64,000 nucleotides of DNA from positions 1,550,001 to 1,614,000 of the forward strand of contig NC_091991.1 in the NCBI RefSeq assembly GCF_044704955.1, given 5' to 3'. Positions 12,214-24,324 of the stretch are shown here, in pieces (the first letter of the stretch is position 1; each line of letters opens with the position of its first letter). The position numbers and the translations under genes are program-made. The notes under the pieces were generated by a model. It was not told the origin of the DNA. It saw nothing but the letters and a program-made list of their open reading frames with translations, and did not search any database. The stretch comes from Pristiophorus japonicus. Lineage: Eukaryota.

Positions 12214-13259
12214 CTATAACAAACAGTAGACTCAGTTTAGATTGGATAGGAAATTACAACCAGCGGACCAAGAAAAATAAAATACATGAAGCCAAAACAT
12301 TGGGTTTTCTCAATTTTAGCAGAATTTGTTGATGACAGTAAGTATATACACCTTTCCCTTACCCCCCCAGAGATATTGCAGTCACACTGGCGCTAGGCAT
12401 CCTCTAGTGCCTTGCAGAAGTGGCCAATACTCATGGGTCAGCCTTGAGATTGAGGGTAAGCAACATATTCCCCATGGAGGACATCATTGCTGAACCCAAT
12501 CCTGTCCTCACTGAGTACTTGCAGCAGTGGGAAGCAGGTAGCCAAGCATAAGTTTCCATTTTGCAATGCATTCTTCACAGGGGACATATCACATTGGACA
12601 CGGCAGCAATTTTTCCTCAAAGGCTTTCTGTGGAATTTTGGTCCAAAATATTTAAAGTTCCAGACGTGATATATTATACAAGGCACTAACAACAAATTCA
12701 ATTATGCTGCTTTTTGATAACAGAATAGAAGCTACTGAGATTTGGCTGAAATCTCCCACTCAAAACAGCTAGATTCTACCTACCAGTGGAGAGGAATAGT
12801 CGGGTCAAACCATCAAAATACAAGCGCAACGAACAGCTACTGTTTCAAACACATTTTATAACTTATTTTCCCTGTCACATCATTCTCCATCGGGAGGAGC
12901 AGCCTACTCAATTTCTCGGTGTACTCTTGAACCAGCTACTTGGAGGTGCACAAAAATGATGTGGGTCAGTTTGCCCTCCAAACTTTCCTTTCTTGGGAAC
13001 TAAGTCAACTCCAGATTTCCTGGCTAATCATAACCATTTTGATTTTGTTTTAAGTTTACGAGCCAACATTCAGCAGAGAATTATAGCCTAAAAATGCAGT
13101 TGACACTATTTCAATATTTAGCAGAAGCCATGGCAAACATACCCGCAGTACTCTTCCTGCACCAGCATTCTTGTTTTAAAACTCAATTTTCTCCTACTTA
13201 CAGAATTGCCTTTGCTTCAGGGGAGAGCACGGTAGCTGCTGCAACATCTCTATCAAGCC

Positions 13260-13600
13260 TCAGGCCACCTACCAATGGCGCTACTTGGCGCCGAGCCTAC
13301 GGCCAACACCTCGCCCATGGCATTTAGGCTTATACAGCAGTGCCTGGTCTCCAGTCATCTTGGACCCCCTTGCCACTGGACCAAGACCTTGCTCAGCTAA
13401 GCCAGTGTGGTAGTCGGTCTGCAACGATCACCCCAGGTTAAAAAGTCACACACAGGCATCTTCCACTCCTCTAACATGAAGTTCGGGATCTGGAATGACA
13501 GGGACTGTGGTTCTTGTATTGGACTGTTCAACCACCTAAGGATTCATATTAAGAGTGGAAGCAAGTCTTCCTCGATTCCTAGGGACTGCCTATGATAATG
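13260..13600 (+). mobile_element. RTE-clade related element fragment
   Basis: Ends AAGAGTGGAAGCAAGTCTTCCTCGATT...GGGACTGCCTATGATAATG. Confidence 0.65.
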
Positions 13601-14844
13601 ACCACTGCTACTGTAGATACAACTGCACAAATGATGGTCCACTGTGATTTATGCTCTAACTTTCCATTTGAGCGAGGAAGCACATGGCCTTCCTCTGGTA
13701 TGTACGAGATCAGGAACTCGCCATATGAGAAACTGCAGCTGCCATTCCATCATTGACAGGGTTTAGAACGGTTAATTATACAAGGCAAGCACAAGAAAGG
13801 CTTCCCGCTGCCTTCTGTGGATCTTTGCCATCATGCTGCCACATCTTGAATCTTTCCAGCAAGATTTCAGTCTAATTTTTAAGTGCTTATTGTGCAGTTG
13901 TTAAGGGGTATGGCCACAAAACTGGCTGGGCAGGGTTAAATCATTTCAGCTCATTTTAACTACCTCAGCATGGAAATAGAAAAGGATATTGAAGGACTGG
14001 TCCAAACTACACGGTATGGGAACTAACATAAAAACAGAAAATGCTGGAAATCTCAGCAGGTCATGCAGCATCTATGGAGAGAAGCAGAGTTAGCATTTCA
14101 GGTCGATGACCCTTCGTCACAACTCATGGTATAGGAGCTATTCTCTTGCTGCTAGTATTTTTTTTTTAAAAAGACTACTTTTAAAGGCCTACCTTTAACT
14201 GATAAAGCATTAAAGTTTCCCTTTTCACCTGGGAACTTTAGTTCCAAAAACAGACGAACCCCATTCTCTAGTCAGGTGTTAAACTGTGTCTGTTATGTAA
14301 ATGCGATGGGCCTGGCTGATCTTGCTATTATAGAGCGCCATAAGTAAAGAGGAATGAATGCTAGCTGGTGGCCTCAACAGAAAAACAACTCAGTTTAGAC
14401 AGCGCGACTTCTTAAATCTTTTTAAATATTTTAGTTAGCAGCAGAGACAGAGCATTAGAAATGTCAGTAGACTTTGGATTCAGAAACGAATACTGAACAT
14501 TGATTGACAAAAGATCCCCAGCACCCCCTAGTGGCAATCGAGGAATCTGCAGCAATGCAAGTCTAAAAAGTTCAGGCAAATGTACCGAATGAAATACACT
14601 GGTTATATTCCCCACGTTGCAACAGCTATTCACCCTGTAGCAGCCAGTTCCACCTTTCAACTATACCAAACAATGTAAGGTTCCACATTAACAAACTGAC
14701 TGCATAGTGAATTAGCATGATAACAGGTTACTTTTTAACCTGGTAATCAGTTTACGATTGTAATTCAGATTGCAAATGAAAACAAAAGTTACTTTTTCTG
14801 TGATTACACCAGTCTGTCTATGTCCATCTGAAGTCTGTCACTAT

Positions 14845-16960
14845 CATAAGAACATAAGAAATAGCAGGAGGAGGCCATACGGCCCCTCGAGCCTGCTCCG
14901 CCATTCAATAACATCATGGCTGATCTGATCATGGACTCAGCTCCACTTCCCTGCCCGCTCCCCATAACCCCTTATTGCTCAAGAAACTATTTCTGTCTTA
15001 AATTTATTCAATGTCCCAGCTGCCACAGCTCTCTGTGGCAGCGAATTCCAGATTTACAACATGTGTTTTAAATGAGCGGCCCCTTATTCTAAGATCATGC
15101 CCTCTAGTTCTAGTCTCCCCCATTAGTGGAAACATCCTCTCTGCATCCACCTTGTCAAGCCCCCTCATAATCTTATTCGTTTCGATAAGATCAACTCTCA
15201 TTCTTCTGAATTCCAATGAGTAGAAGCCCAACACACTCAACCTTTCCTCATAAGTCAACCCCCTCATCCCTGGAATCAATCGAGTGAACCTTCTCTGAAC
15301 TACCTCCAAAGCAAGTATATCCTTTCGTAAATATGGAAACCAAAACTGCACGCAGTATTCCAGGTGTGGCCTCACCAATACCTTATATAGCTGTAGCAAG
15401 ACTTCCCTGCTTTTAAACTCCATTCCCTTTGCAATAAAGGCCAAGATACCATTGGCCTTTCTGATCACTTGCTGTACCTGCATACTATCCTTTTGTGTTT
15501 CATGCACAAGTACCCCCCAGGTCCCGCTGTACTGCAGCACTTTGCAATCTTTCTCCATCTAAATAATAACTTGCTCTTTGATTTTTTCTGCCAAAATGCA
15601 TGACCTCACACTTTCCAACATTATACTCCATCTGCCAAATTTTTGCCCACTCACTTAGCCTGTCTGTCTTTTTGCAGATTTTTTGTTGTCCTCACATATT
15701 GCTGACGATACAAAGATGGGAGGAAAAGCAAACTTGGCTACGTTACACTCCATCCCTTCTTCCAAGTCGTTATAGATTGTAAATAGTTGGGGTCCCAGCA
15801 CTGATCCCTGCGGCACCCCATTAGTTACTGGTTGCCAACCAGAGAATGAACCATTTATCCTGACTCTCTGTTCTCTGTTAGTTAGCCAATCCTCTATCCA
15901 TGCTAATATATTACCCCCAACCTTTTATCTTGTGCAGTAACCTTTTATGTGGCACCTTGTCAATTGCCCTCTGAAAGTCCAAATACACATCCACTGGTTC
16001 CCCTTTATCCACCCTGCTCATTACATCCTCAAAGCAAATTTGTCAAACATGGCTTCACCTTCATAAATCCATGCTGACTCTGCCTGACCGAATTTTGCTT
16101 TTCCAAATATCTTGCTACTGCTTCTTTAATAATGGACTCCAGCATTTTTCCAACCATAGATGTTAGGCTAACTGGTCTGTAGTTTCCTGCTTTTTGTCTG
16201 CCTCCTTTTTTAAATAGGGGCATTACATTTGCAATTTTCCAGGGAAATTTGGTAAATTACAACCAATGCATCCACAATCCCTGCCGCTACTTCTCTTAAG
16301 ACCCTAGGATGCAAGCCATCACATCCAGGGGATTTATCTGCCTTTAGTCCCATTATCTTACTGAGTACCACCTCATTAGTGATTGTGATTGTGTTACGTT
16401 CCTCCCCCCCCATAGCCCCTTGACTATCCACTGTCGAAATATTGTTAGTGTCCTCTACGTAAAGACTGATACAAAATATTTGTTCAGAGTTTCTGCCATC
16501 CCCATGATCCCCATTACTAATTTCTTGTCCTAAGGGACCAATATTTACGTTAGTCACCCTTTTCCTTTTTATATACCTATAGAAACTCTTGCTAGCTGTT
16601 TTTATATTTTGCGCTAGTTTACTTTCATAGTCTATCGTCCCTTTCTTAATCATTTTTTGTCATTCTTTGTCGGTTTTTAAAATCTTCCCAGTCTTCTATC
16701 CTCCCACTAGTTTTGGCCACTTTGTATGCCCTTGTTTTTAAATTGGATACCATCCTTTATTTCTTTAGTTAGCCACGGATGGCTATCTTTTCTCTTACAC
16801 CCTTTCCTCCTCACTGGAATATATTTTTCTTGAGAGTCGCGAAATATCTCCTTAAATGTACGCCACTGTTCATCAACCGTCCTACACTTTAATCTATTTT
16901 CCCAGTCCACATTACCCAACTCTGCCCTCATACCTTCATAGTCTCCTTTATTTACGCTGG
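14845..16960 (-). mobile_element. CR1 LINE, 5'-truncated, frameshifted ORF2
   Basis: ORF pieces PLFKKGGRQKAGNYRPVSLTS, KSPGCDGLHPRVL, LYKVLVRPHLEYCVQFW; 3' tail at the left end. Confidence 0.92.
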
Positions 16961-16974
16961 TTAGAGACTGTTTA

Positions 16975-17850
16975 CTACATTTCTGAGGTTCGTGTCATCT
17001 GCAAGCTTTGAAATTATGCCCTACATACCCAAGTCCAGGTCAGTAATATATATCAAAAAAAGCAGTGATCCCAACGATCCCTGGGGAACACCACGACAAC
17101 CATTCACCACGACTCTGTGTCCCTTAGCCAATTACAGATCTAGGCAGCCACTGCTCCTTTAATTCCATGGGCTTCAACTTTGCTCACAAGTGTATTATGT
17201 GGCACTTTATCAAACTCCTTTTGAAAGTCAATGTGCACAACATCAACCACACTTCCCTCATTCACCCTCTCCATTACTTCATAAAAGAACTCACGATTTG
17301 CCATTAACAAATCCGTGCTTTCATTTATTAACCCATTTTTAAATTTTTTTTTAAGTGCCAATTAATTTTCTTCTGGATTAATGTCTCAGTTCCGTCACCA
17401 TCGACGTTAGGCTGATTGGCTGGTAGGGGCCGCATTTATCCCGCTCCCCTTTTTGAGCAAGGGGGTAACATTTGCAACCCTCCAGTTCCCTGGCACCACT
17501 CCCATATCTAAGCAGGATTGGAAGATTGTGGCCAGAGCCTCTGCTATTGTTCACCCTTACTTCCCCGTAACCTAGGATCCATCCCATCGGACCAGGTGAC
17601 TTTTCTACCTTGAGCGCTGCCAACCTTTTAAGTAACATTATTTTTTATCCTATCCAACATCTGTACAACCTCCTCCTTTACTGTGACATTGGCAGCATCC
17701 TCCTCTTTACTGAAGACAGATGCAAAGTATTCATTTCGTACCTCAGCCACTCTGTCTCCATACAAAGATCTCCTTTTTGGTCCTTAATCAGCCTCACCCT
17801 TCCTTTGACTAGCCTTATACTAATTATATGTTAATGAAGGACATGTGGGT
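16975..17850 (-). mobile_element. Older CR1 RT fragment
   Basis: DVVHIDFQKEFDKVPH and KSPGP motifs, heavily disrupted. Confidence 0.8.
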
Positions 17851-18460
17851 ACCCTTTTCTGTCACTCCTGTGAATCGTATACCAATTATTTAGCAATGTT
17901 TTTAAAAAGAAACCTTGAAAAGGAAAGGGAGCATTACCTCACCGATAAAGCAGTACTGGACAATGAAATCCTGCTAATTTGAACACATGAACAAGTAGCC
18001 ATTTCCAGCTCAAAATGACAGAATAATTAGAGATCCAGCAGTAGCAGTAGTTCCAAGGCCTCCTCACAATTTTGTCTCACACAGGTTGCTGAGTCACAAA
18101 AATGGAACATTCTATTTGTCACCTGACTAGTAGTATGGCAATTGCATGACAGCACTGGCTCAGTGCAATCTTTCCCTTCCCCCATGAAAGGGAGACAGCA
18201 AAAGCCACCCTGAAGCAGCTCCCTTGGTAAGATACACAAATCTTCCTGCACTGTTCCCATTCAAACACCCGACGGACTCGTTTCTAGGCGTGTCACTTTC
18301 ACACTCACATTTCCGCAGCTCAAGAAGTGAGCTGTTACTCTTTTCCTTTGGAAACTTCACTTGTTCAAAATAAAGACATTAGTAATTACCTTGAATAACT
18401 TACTGTTCATTGCAATTAGGTTAAACCAAATGTGTAAAAATAAGGAGAACCATAACTTAC

Positions 18461-18693
18461 GATCACAATGTCTAAACCGTAGGTCAATATATCTGGTAAG
18501 GTTTTTGTCATAAGCTCGGCTTCACTTGTCCCATTGAATCGATCGATTTTTCTTTTCACAGTTTTAAAAGCATTTGTGATTTTTTCCTGTTTCCCCCCTG
18601 ATTTGCCGTCTGTTTTGCCTCGTTTGGCACCTGCTCCTTCAGCTTTCTTTTTCTGCTGTCCTGGAGGTCTTCCCCTTTTACGTTTTGGAGCTG
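18461..18693 (-). CDS. TDG: TDG exon 3
   Basis: AAPKRKRGRPPGQQKKK...KQEKITNAFKTVKRKIDRFNGTSEAELMTKTLPDILTYGLDIVI; CAGCAG acceptor, GTAAGT donor; 233 nt. Confidence 0.96.
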
Positions 18694-20489
18694 CTGAAGA
18701 AACACAGCAATACCGAGTCCCGAGTTGCTCTTACTTGTTTTGCTTGCAACTGCCGCTGCATCAGTAAAGCTGATTCCTTCCATAGCTCAAGCCAACAACT
18801 TTGACGTCTTGGGAAGGTCAGCACAGACACAAACCTAGACTTAAAGCTCAAGCAAAGTTATGAAGTACTTTCAAAGTACTCTAACGTCACTAGAGTAATG
18901 CCTACTTAAGATAAATTTTGATAAGATTATTTACAAAATGAAAAATTAATTATAAGTTTCCGACCATAAATCTATCTGGGAGAAAATCTGTTACATGTCA
19001 GTGACAGAAAAATTAGATTGATGGCTTTTAAGGCTGGCAGAGAGCCCTCTGGCCAATCACAGCAGGAACAAAATGGTGGCATACTATGTAGCAACCAGCA
19101 CATCACCTACTTATGATTACCTCTGGTAGAAAAGGGAATCTTGAGGCGAGTCTCCGTATTGTTGGGAGGTGCCTCGTTTATATTAGTGCCAGAGTCAGAA
19201 CTGCCACTAGTAGCAGCACTCACAAATGCAATGTTGCAAGTCAGTATCTATAATCTGTGAAACACTTAAAAAAGAAAGTCTGTGCAACAATACTCTAGAC
19301 CTCAAACCAGGGGTGAAACAGAAGTGAATTAATTGTCAAGCTTCTGTCAGTTTAGAGATGAATTATTCTGCTAAATGGCACAGGATTGACATTTGTGTTC
19401 CTCAAATGATGGTCTAAAACTAAAGAGACCACAAATTGGGGGGGGGGGGGGGGGGGCGGGGGAAGGAGAGAGAAACTAACTTGCATCTAATTCAACAGTT
19501 TCTGATGCTTACACACAGCCAAACTACAACAGCAACATTACTGTAAAAGGGTATCACACGATAGAAATAACAGGAAATTATTACAGTACTAATACTGAAA
19601 AGTTAGAGCCTGACATATTTGCAATACACTTTTTTCCCATCCTTTACAGAACATTATTCTCTCCCAAGAACTCTTATTTAGTTATTTGTATTATTACTTT
19701 TCCTCCACCTCCCAAGGTGGATTTAGTATTTGCTTAGGTTCTGGATTTGTAGTCGCACGAACTGCATTTTTCTCTTGTAATACTTGTCAAAAGATGCTGA
19801 AGCAACATAAGTAATTATGTTAACGATGTAGCAAATTGCAAAGAATGAAGGAATCTGATGATGTTGTGGATTTCATTGGGTCTGGGGAGCTCAGGCTGAA
19901 ATCTTATGGTCAGCTCGCATCAAGCAGTTCTAAACACATGCTGAAAGCTGATATTTTGAGTTGATACGAGGAAGTTATTAATAAAATGAATGAGCTGTAG
20001 AGAGCTGGATCAAGTGACATCTCACACTAAATTCACACTCAGGGTGTGGGCAACACATTTATTGCCCATTGCTACATCCTTCAAGGTGGCCATCCTTGGA
20101 AATACAACTGTTGTATAACTGGGTGAATTGCTGAGCAACTTCAGAGAGTCAACAATATAGTGGTGGGACGGAAGTCACAGGTAGCCCAGGCTGGGTAGGA
20201 ATAGCAGGCTCCATCAACAAGTTGGATAGTTCTTTGACAATTTGGCAAACTTCATGCTTCCTTTTCTTCTGGAACCAGCCCACAAATTGAATCCACAGAG
20301 GGATTGCTGTTGCCCATATTCGAACTCGCACCAAACCCCACAATCCCATCACCCTGTGCTCGCTGACCTACATTGGCTCTCGGTCCGGCAACATCTTAAT
20401 TTTAAAATTCTCATCCTTCTGTTCAAATCCCTCCATGGCTTCGCCCCTCCTGATCTCTGTAACCTCTCCCAGCCCTTAGAGATCTCCTT

Positions 20490-21740
20490 CAATGGAGTCC
20501 ATTATTAAAGGAGCAATAGCAGGACATTTGGAAAAGCAAAATTTGGTCAGGCAGAGTCAGCATGGATTTATGAAGGGTAAGTCACGTTTGGCAAATTTGC
20601 TGGAATTCTTTGAGGATGTAACGAACAGGGTGGATAAAGGGGAACCAGTGGATATGGTGTATTGGGACTTCCAGAAGGTATCTGACAAAATGCCACATAA
20701 AAGGTTACTGCACAAGATAAATGTTCACAGGGTTGGGGATAATATATTAGCATGGATAGAGGATTGGCTAACTAACAGAGAACAGAGAGTCGGGATAAAT
20801 GGTTAATTCTCTGGTTTGCAACCAGTAACGAGTGGGTGCCGCAGGGATCAGTGCTGGAACCCCAACTATTTACAATCTATAATAACGACTTGGAAGAAGG
20901 GACTGAGTGTAACGTAGCCAAGTTTGCTGATGATACAAAGATGGGAGGAAAAGCAATGTGTGAGGACACAAAAAATCTGCAAAACAGGCTAAGTGAGTGG
21001 GCAAAAATTTGGCAGATGGAGTATAATATTGGAAAGTGTGAGGTCATGCACTTTGGCAGAAAAAATTAAAGAGCAAGTTATTATTTAAATGGAGAAAGAT
21101 TGCAAAGTGCTGCAGTACAGCAAGTGATCAGGAAGGCCAATGGTTTCTTGGCCTTTATTGCAAAGGGGATGGGGTATAAAAGCAGGGAAGTCTTGCTACA
21201 GCTATATAAGGTATTGGTGAGGCCAGTTTTGGTTTCCATATTTACGAAAGGATATACTTGCTTTGGAGGCAGTTCAGAGAAGGTTCACTCGGTTGATTCC
21301 GGGATGAGGGGGTTGACGTGAGGAAAGGTTGAGTAGGTTGGGCCTCTACTCATTGGAATTCAGAAGAATGAGAGGTGATCTTATCGAAACGTATAAGATT
21401 ATGAGGGGACTTGACAAGATGGATGCAGAGAGGATGTTTCCACTGATTGGGGAGACTAGAACTAGAGGGCATGATCTTAGAATAAGGGACCACCAATTTA
21501 AAACAGAGATGAGGAGAAATTTCTTCTCTCAAACGGTTGTAAATCTGTGGAATTCGCTGCCTCAGAGAGCTGTGGAAGCTGGGACACTGAATAAATTTAA
21601 GACAGAAATAGACAATTTCTTAAACGATAAGGGGTTATGGGAGTGGGTAGGGAAGTGGAGCTAAGTCCATGATCTTATTGAATGGCAGAGCAGACTCGAG
21701 GGGCCTTATGGCCTACTCCTGTTCCTATTTCTTAATGTTC
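20490..21740 (+). mobile_element. CR1 LINE (RT to 3' end) inserted into an L2 fragment
   Basis: QHGFMKGKS, PQGSVL, KFADDTK motifs; L2 sequence at ~20330-20480 resumes at ~21745. Confidence 0.9.
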
Positions 21741-22745
21741 TAATGCACTCCTCCAACTCTGACCTCTTGAGCACCCCCGATTTTAATCGCTCCACCATTG
21801 GCGGCTGTGCCTTCAGCTGCCATGCCCTTAAGCTCTGGAATTCCCTCCCCAAACCTCTCCACCTCTCTCTACTCCTTTAAGAGGCTCTTTAAAATATAGG
21901 ACGCGATTTCTGCGCAGGGTGTGTTTTTTGGGTTGTTCGTTTCGTGACTCGGGAAAAAATGCCAGGAGGGAGCTGGTTCTTTTAAAAAATGCCAGGGAGG
22001 GAGAGGCTAGTTTAAAAAAAAATGGAAACATCGTACTTCCATTCGTTGGAGCTTCCAGATTATTGCGCAGCACGCTTCTATGCAGTTTCCCGCTGCTGGC
22101 AAGTCACTGCGTATCTCCTTATGTGGCTTGGTGTCAAATTTTGTTTGGTAACGCTCCTAGAATCATAGAATACAGCACAGAAGGAGGCCATTTGGCCTAT
22201 TGTACCTCTGCCGGCTCTTTGAAAGAGCTGCCCAAATATTCCAATTCTCCTGCCCTATCCCCATAGCCCAGCAAATGTTTCCCTTCACGTATTTACCCAA
22301 ACAAATATACATATATACACGTAGAAAATTAATAGGGCTTGAGTGATAGTAGAAAGGAAGGATTTTGTGTCACTCTGAGTAGTGGGTATTTTGAATAGAG
22401 GCAGATAATGCTATGTGGATCGATCCCTTTTTAAAAGTGGTTAAGAACTTTGGTCATACACAGAGGACTGGGGTTTTAATTCTAGTTACTGCTCTTATTT
22501 TGGCTTTAGATGAATGCTCACTATAGACTTAAATGGCAACCAATAGAAATATTAGTGTACTGGGTGTTTCAATTATATACAGTGTAGCCTTGGGACATTT
22601 TGAACATTTAAAGATGCTATATAAATGCAAGCTGTTGATCTGAACTGAATAACTCTAGTTTGCTAGTCTGGAACCATAACCAGGTCACTGCCCTATCCAG
22701 CACGGACAGAAACTTAGTCAACAGAAAAAAGTTGCAATCTATTTT

Positions 22746-23152
22746 GTGGGCGCGTGACTCAGTGGTTAGCATGCTCGCCTCTGAATCAGAGTTCAAGCCC
22801 ACGCTAAAGATATGAACTCAAAAATCTAGGCCGACACTCCAGCGCAGTGTTGAGGGAGCACTGCACTGTCGGCGGTGCCGTCTTTCGGATAAGATGTTAG
22901 AGGCACTGTTTCTACAAGAGGAGGGGAGTTATCCCCAGTGTTCTCACCAATATTTATCCCTTAATTAACAAAACAAACAGATTATCAGGTCATTATCACA
23001 TTGCTGCTTGTGGGAGCTTGCTGTGCACAAATTGGCTGCTGCGTTTCCCACATTACAACAGTGACTGCACTCCAAGTACTTCATTGGCTGTAAAGCGCTT
23101 TGGGACGTCCTGAGGCTGTGAAGGGCGCTATATAAATGCAAGTCTTTCTTTC
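22746..23152 (+). mobile_element. tRNA-headed Deu-domain SINE (SacSINE1/AmnSINE-like)
   Basis: A-box TGACTCAGTGG and B-box-like GTTCAAGCCC; core GTCATTATCACATTGCTG..TGTGGGAGCTTGCTGTG..CAAATTGGCTGC; L2-type tail GCGCTATATAAATGCAAGTC. Confidence 0.8.
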
Positions 23153-23220
23153 ATTTTTAAGGTTATTCGAGGCTGTTTTTTTTGTGTACTTGCTCTAATT
23201 ATAAAGCTGAAGTCTCTTAC

Positions 23221-23354
23221 CCTGCGCGGCCTCTGGGGCCGGGAGCGGGGCTGCGGCCTCCTCCATGCTGAGGGTATGGGGCCGGGGCCCGGCCGCGGGG
23301 CGGCGGGGAGCCGGTTGGAGAGCGGGGGGCTGCTGGGCCGAGCCGCTGCTGCAC
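23221..23354 (-). CDS. TDG: TDG exon 2
   Basis: Acceptor CTGCCTCCAG, donor GTAAGA; 134 nt, phase 2 to 1, in frame with exons 1 and 3; low-complexity Pro/Ala-rich. Confidence 0.8.
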
Positions 23355-23473
23355 CTGGAGGCAGAAGAGGAAGAAGGGGGGTCGGTCAGTGGGGCGGGCG
23401 GAGACACAGGGAAAGGCCGAGGCCGAGGCCTCCTCCTCCCCCCCCCGGAGCGGCCGGGCTCTGCCTCACTCAC

Positions 23474-23535
23474 CAATCCTGGAAATACTCGGGCGGCGGC
23501 ATCGGGGCCGGGGCCGGGGCCGGCGGCGTCTCCAT
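23474..23535 (-). CDS. TDG: TDG exon 1 (start codon)
   Basis: GAGATGG Kozak context; METPPAPAPAPMPPPEYFQD(W); donor GTGAGT; the PEY..W motif resembles fish TDG N-termini. Confidence 0.75.
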
Positions 23536-24300
23536 CTCAGCGGCGGGAGAGGACAGAGAGGGGGATCGGGGCCTGCAGCGGGACCCGCCGCTCGGGGGCT
23601 GAGAGCGGGTGCCGGGCCGGGCCGGGCCGGGTTGCGCGGGGCGATGCCGGGCTCTCTCCCTCTCTCTGTCTCCGGCCTCAGCGCCACGGAACAAAGGGGC
23701 CGCCCACCCTCAGTGGCAGGGGCGGCGCGCGGCCCGACTGCACCAACTCCCCGCACCACAGAACGCGGGGGGGGGGGGAGAGAGAGAGAGAAGGGATAAC
23801 TAGAGGCTAGATTCCAAAGATCCAACACCAACCTGCGCTAAAATGAATATAATTGTATTACTAATTCCCAATGTGTGAACACACCTGTACTAACTGTTGT
23901 AAAGGTGAGATTATTAATGTTTAGTGTCCCTCTCCCCCCCCCCCAGTGTTGGTATGTTCTCAGGGGATTTGAACCGGCGGAACGTTCCATTGCCCAAGGT
24001 TTCCCGCCGGCTGGGTGGCGGGCGGTGTGCGGGAGCGGGCTCGGGCTCGGGCTCTGGGGGATGCGCCGCCCGGCCGCCCGCCTGCCCCACAAGGTACGCG
24101 GTTGTTGTGTATAATTTGCCCAGGGGCGGGCGGGAGCCGTCAGACGGCGGAACGAATGTGGCGCTGTTATGCCGGGTGCCGGGGGACGGGTGTGACTGAT
24201 GCACGCTCCGGGTGGCTGAAGGTTGAAGTGAGGCCCAGGGAGGCGGTGAGTGTGGGCCCCGGGCTGCGGGGGGCGGGGGGCCTGTGTCACCTCCCTCCCC

Positions 24301-24324
24301 ACACACACACACACACACACACAC
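24301..24324. repeat. (CA)n microsatellite
   Basis: About 12 AC units. Confidence 0.95.

Larger units (their letters stand above)
23220..24300. promoter_or_regulatory. CpG island / bidirectional promoter for TDG (-) and UQCC6 (+)
   Basis: Very GC- and CpG-rich, with GC boxes (GGGGCGGG); plus-strand donor GCG|GTGAGT at 24245/24246 is a likely non-coding UQCC6 exon 1 end. Confidence 0.8.

Noticed and set aside
22746-22810. tRNA gene
   Set aside because: It is the degenerate tRNA-like head of a SINE, with no full cloverleaf
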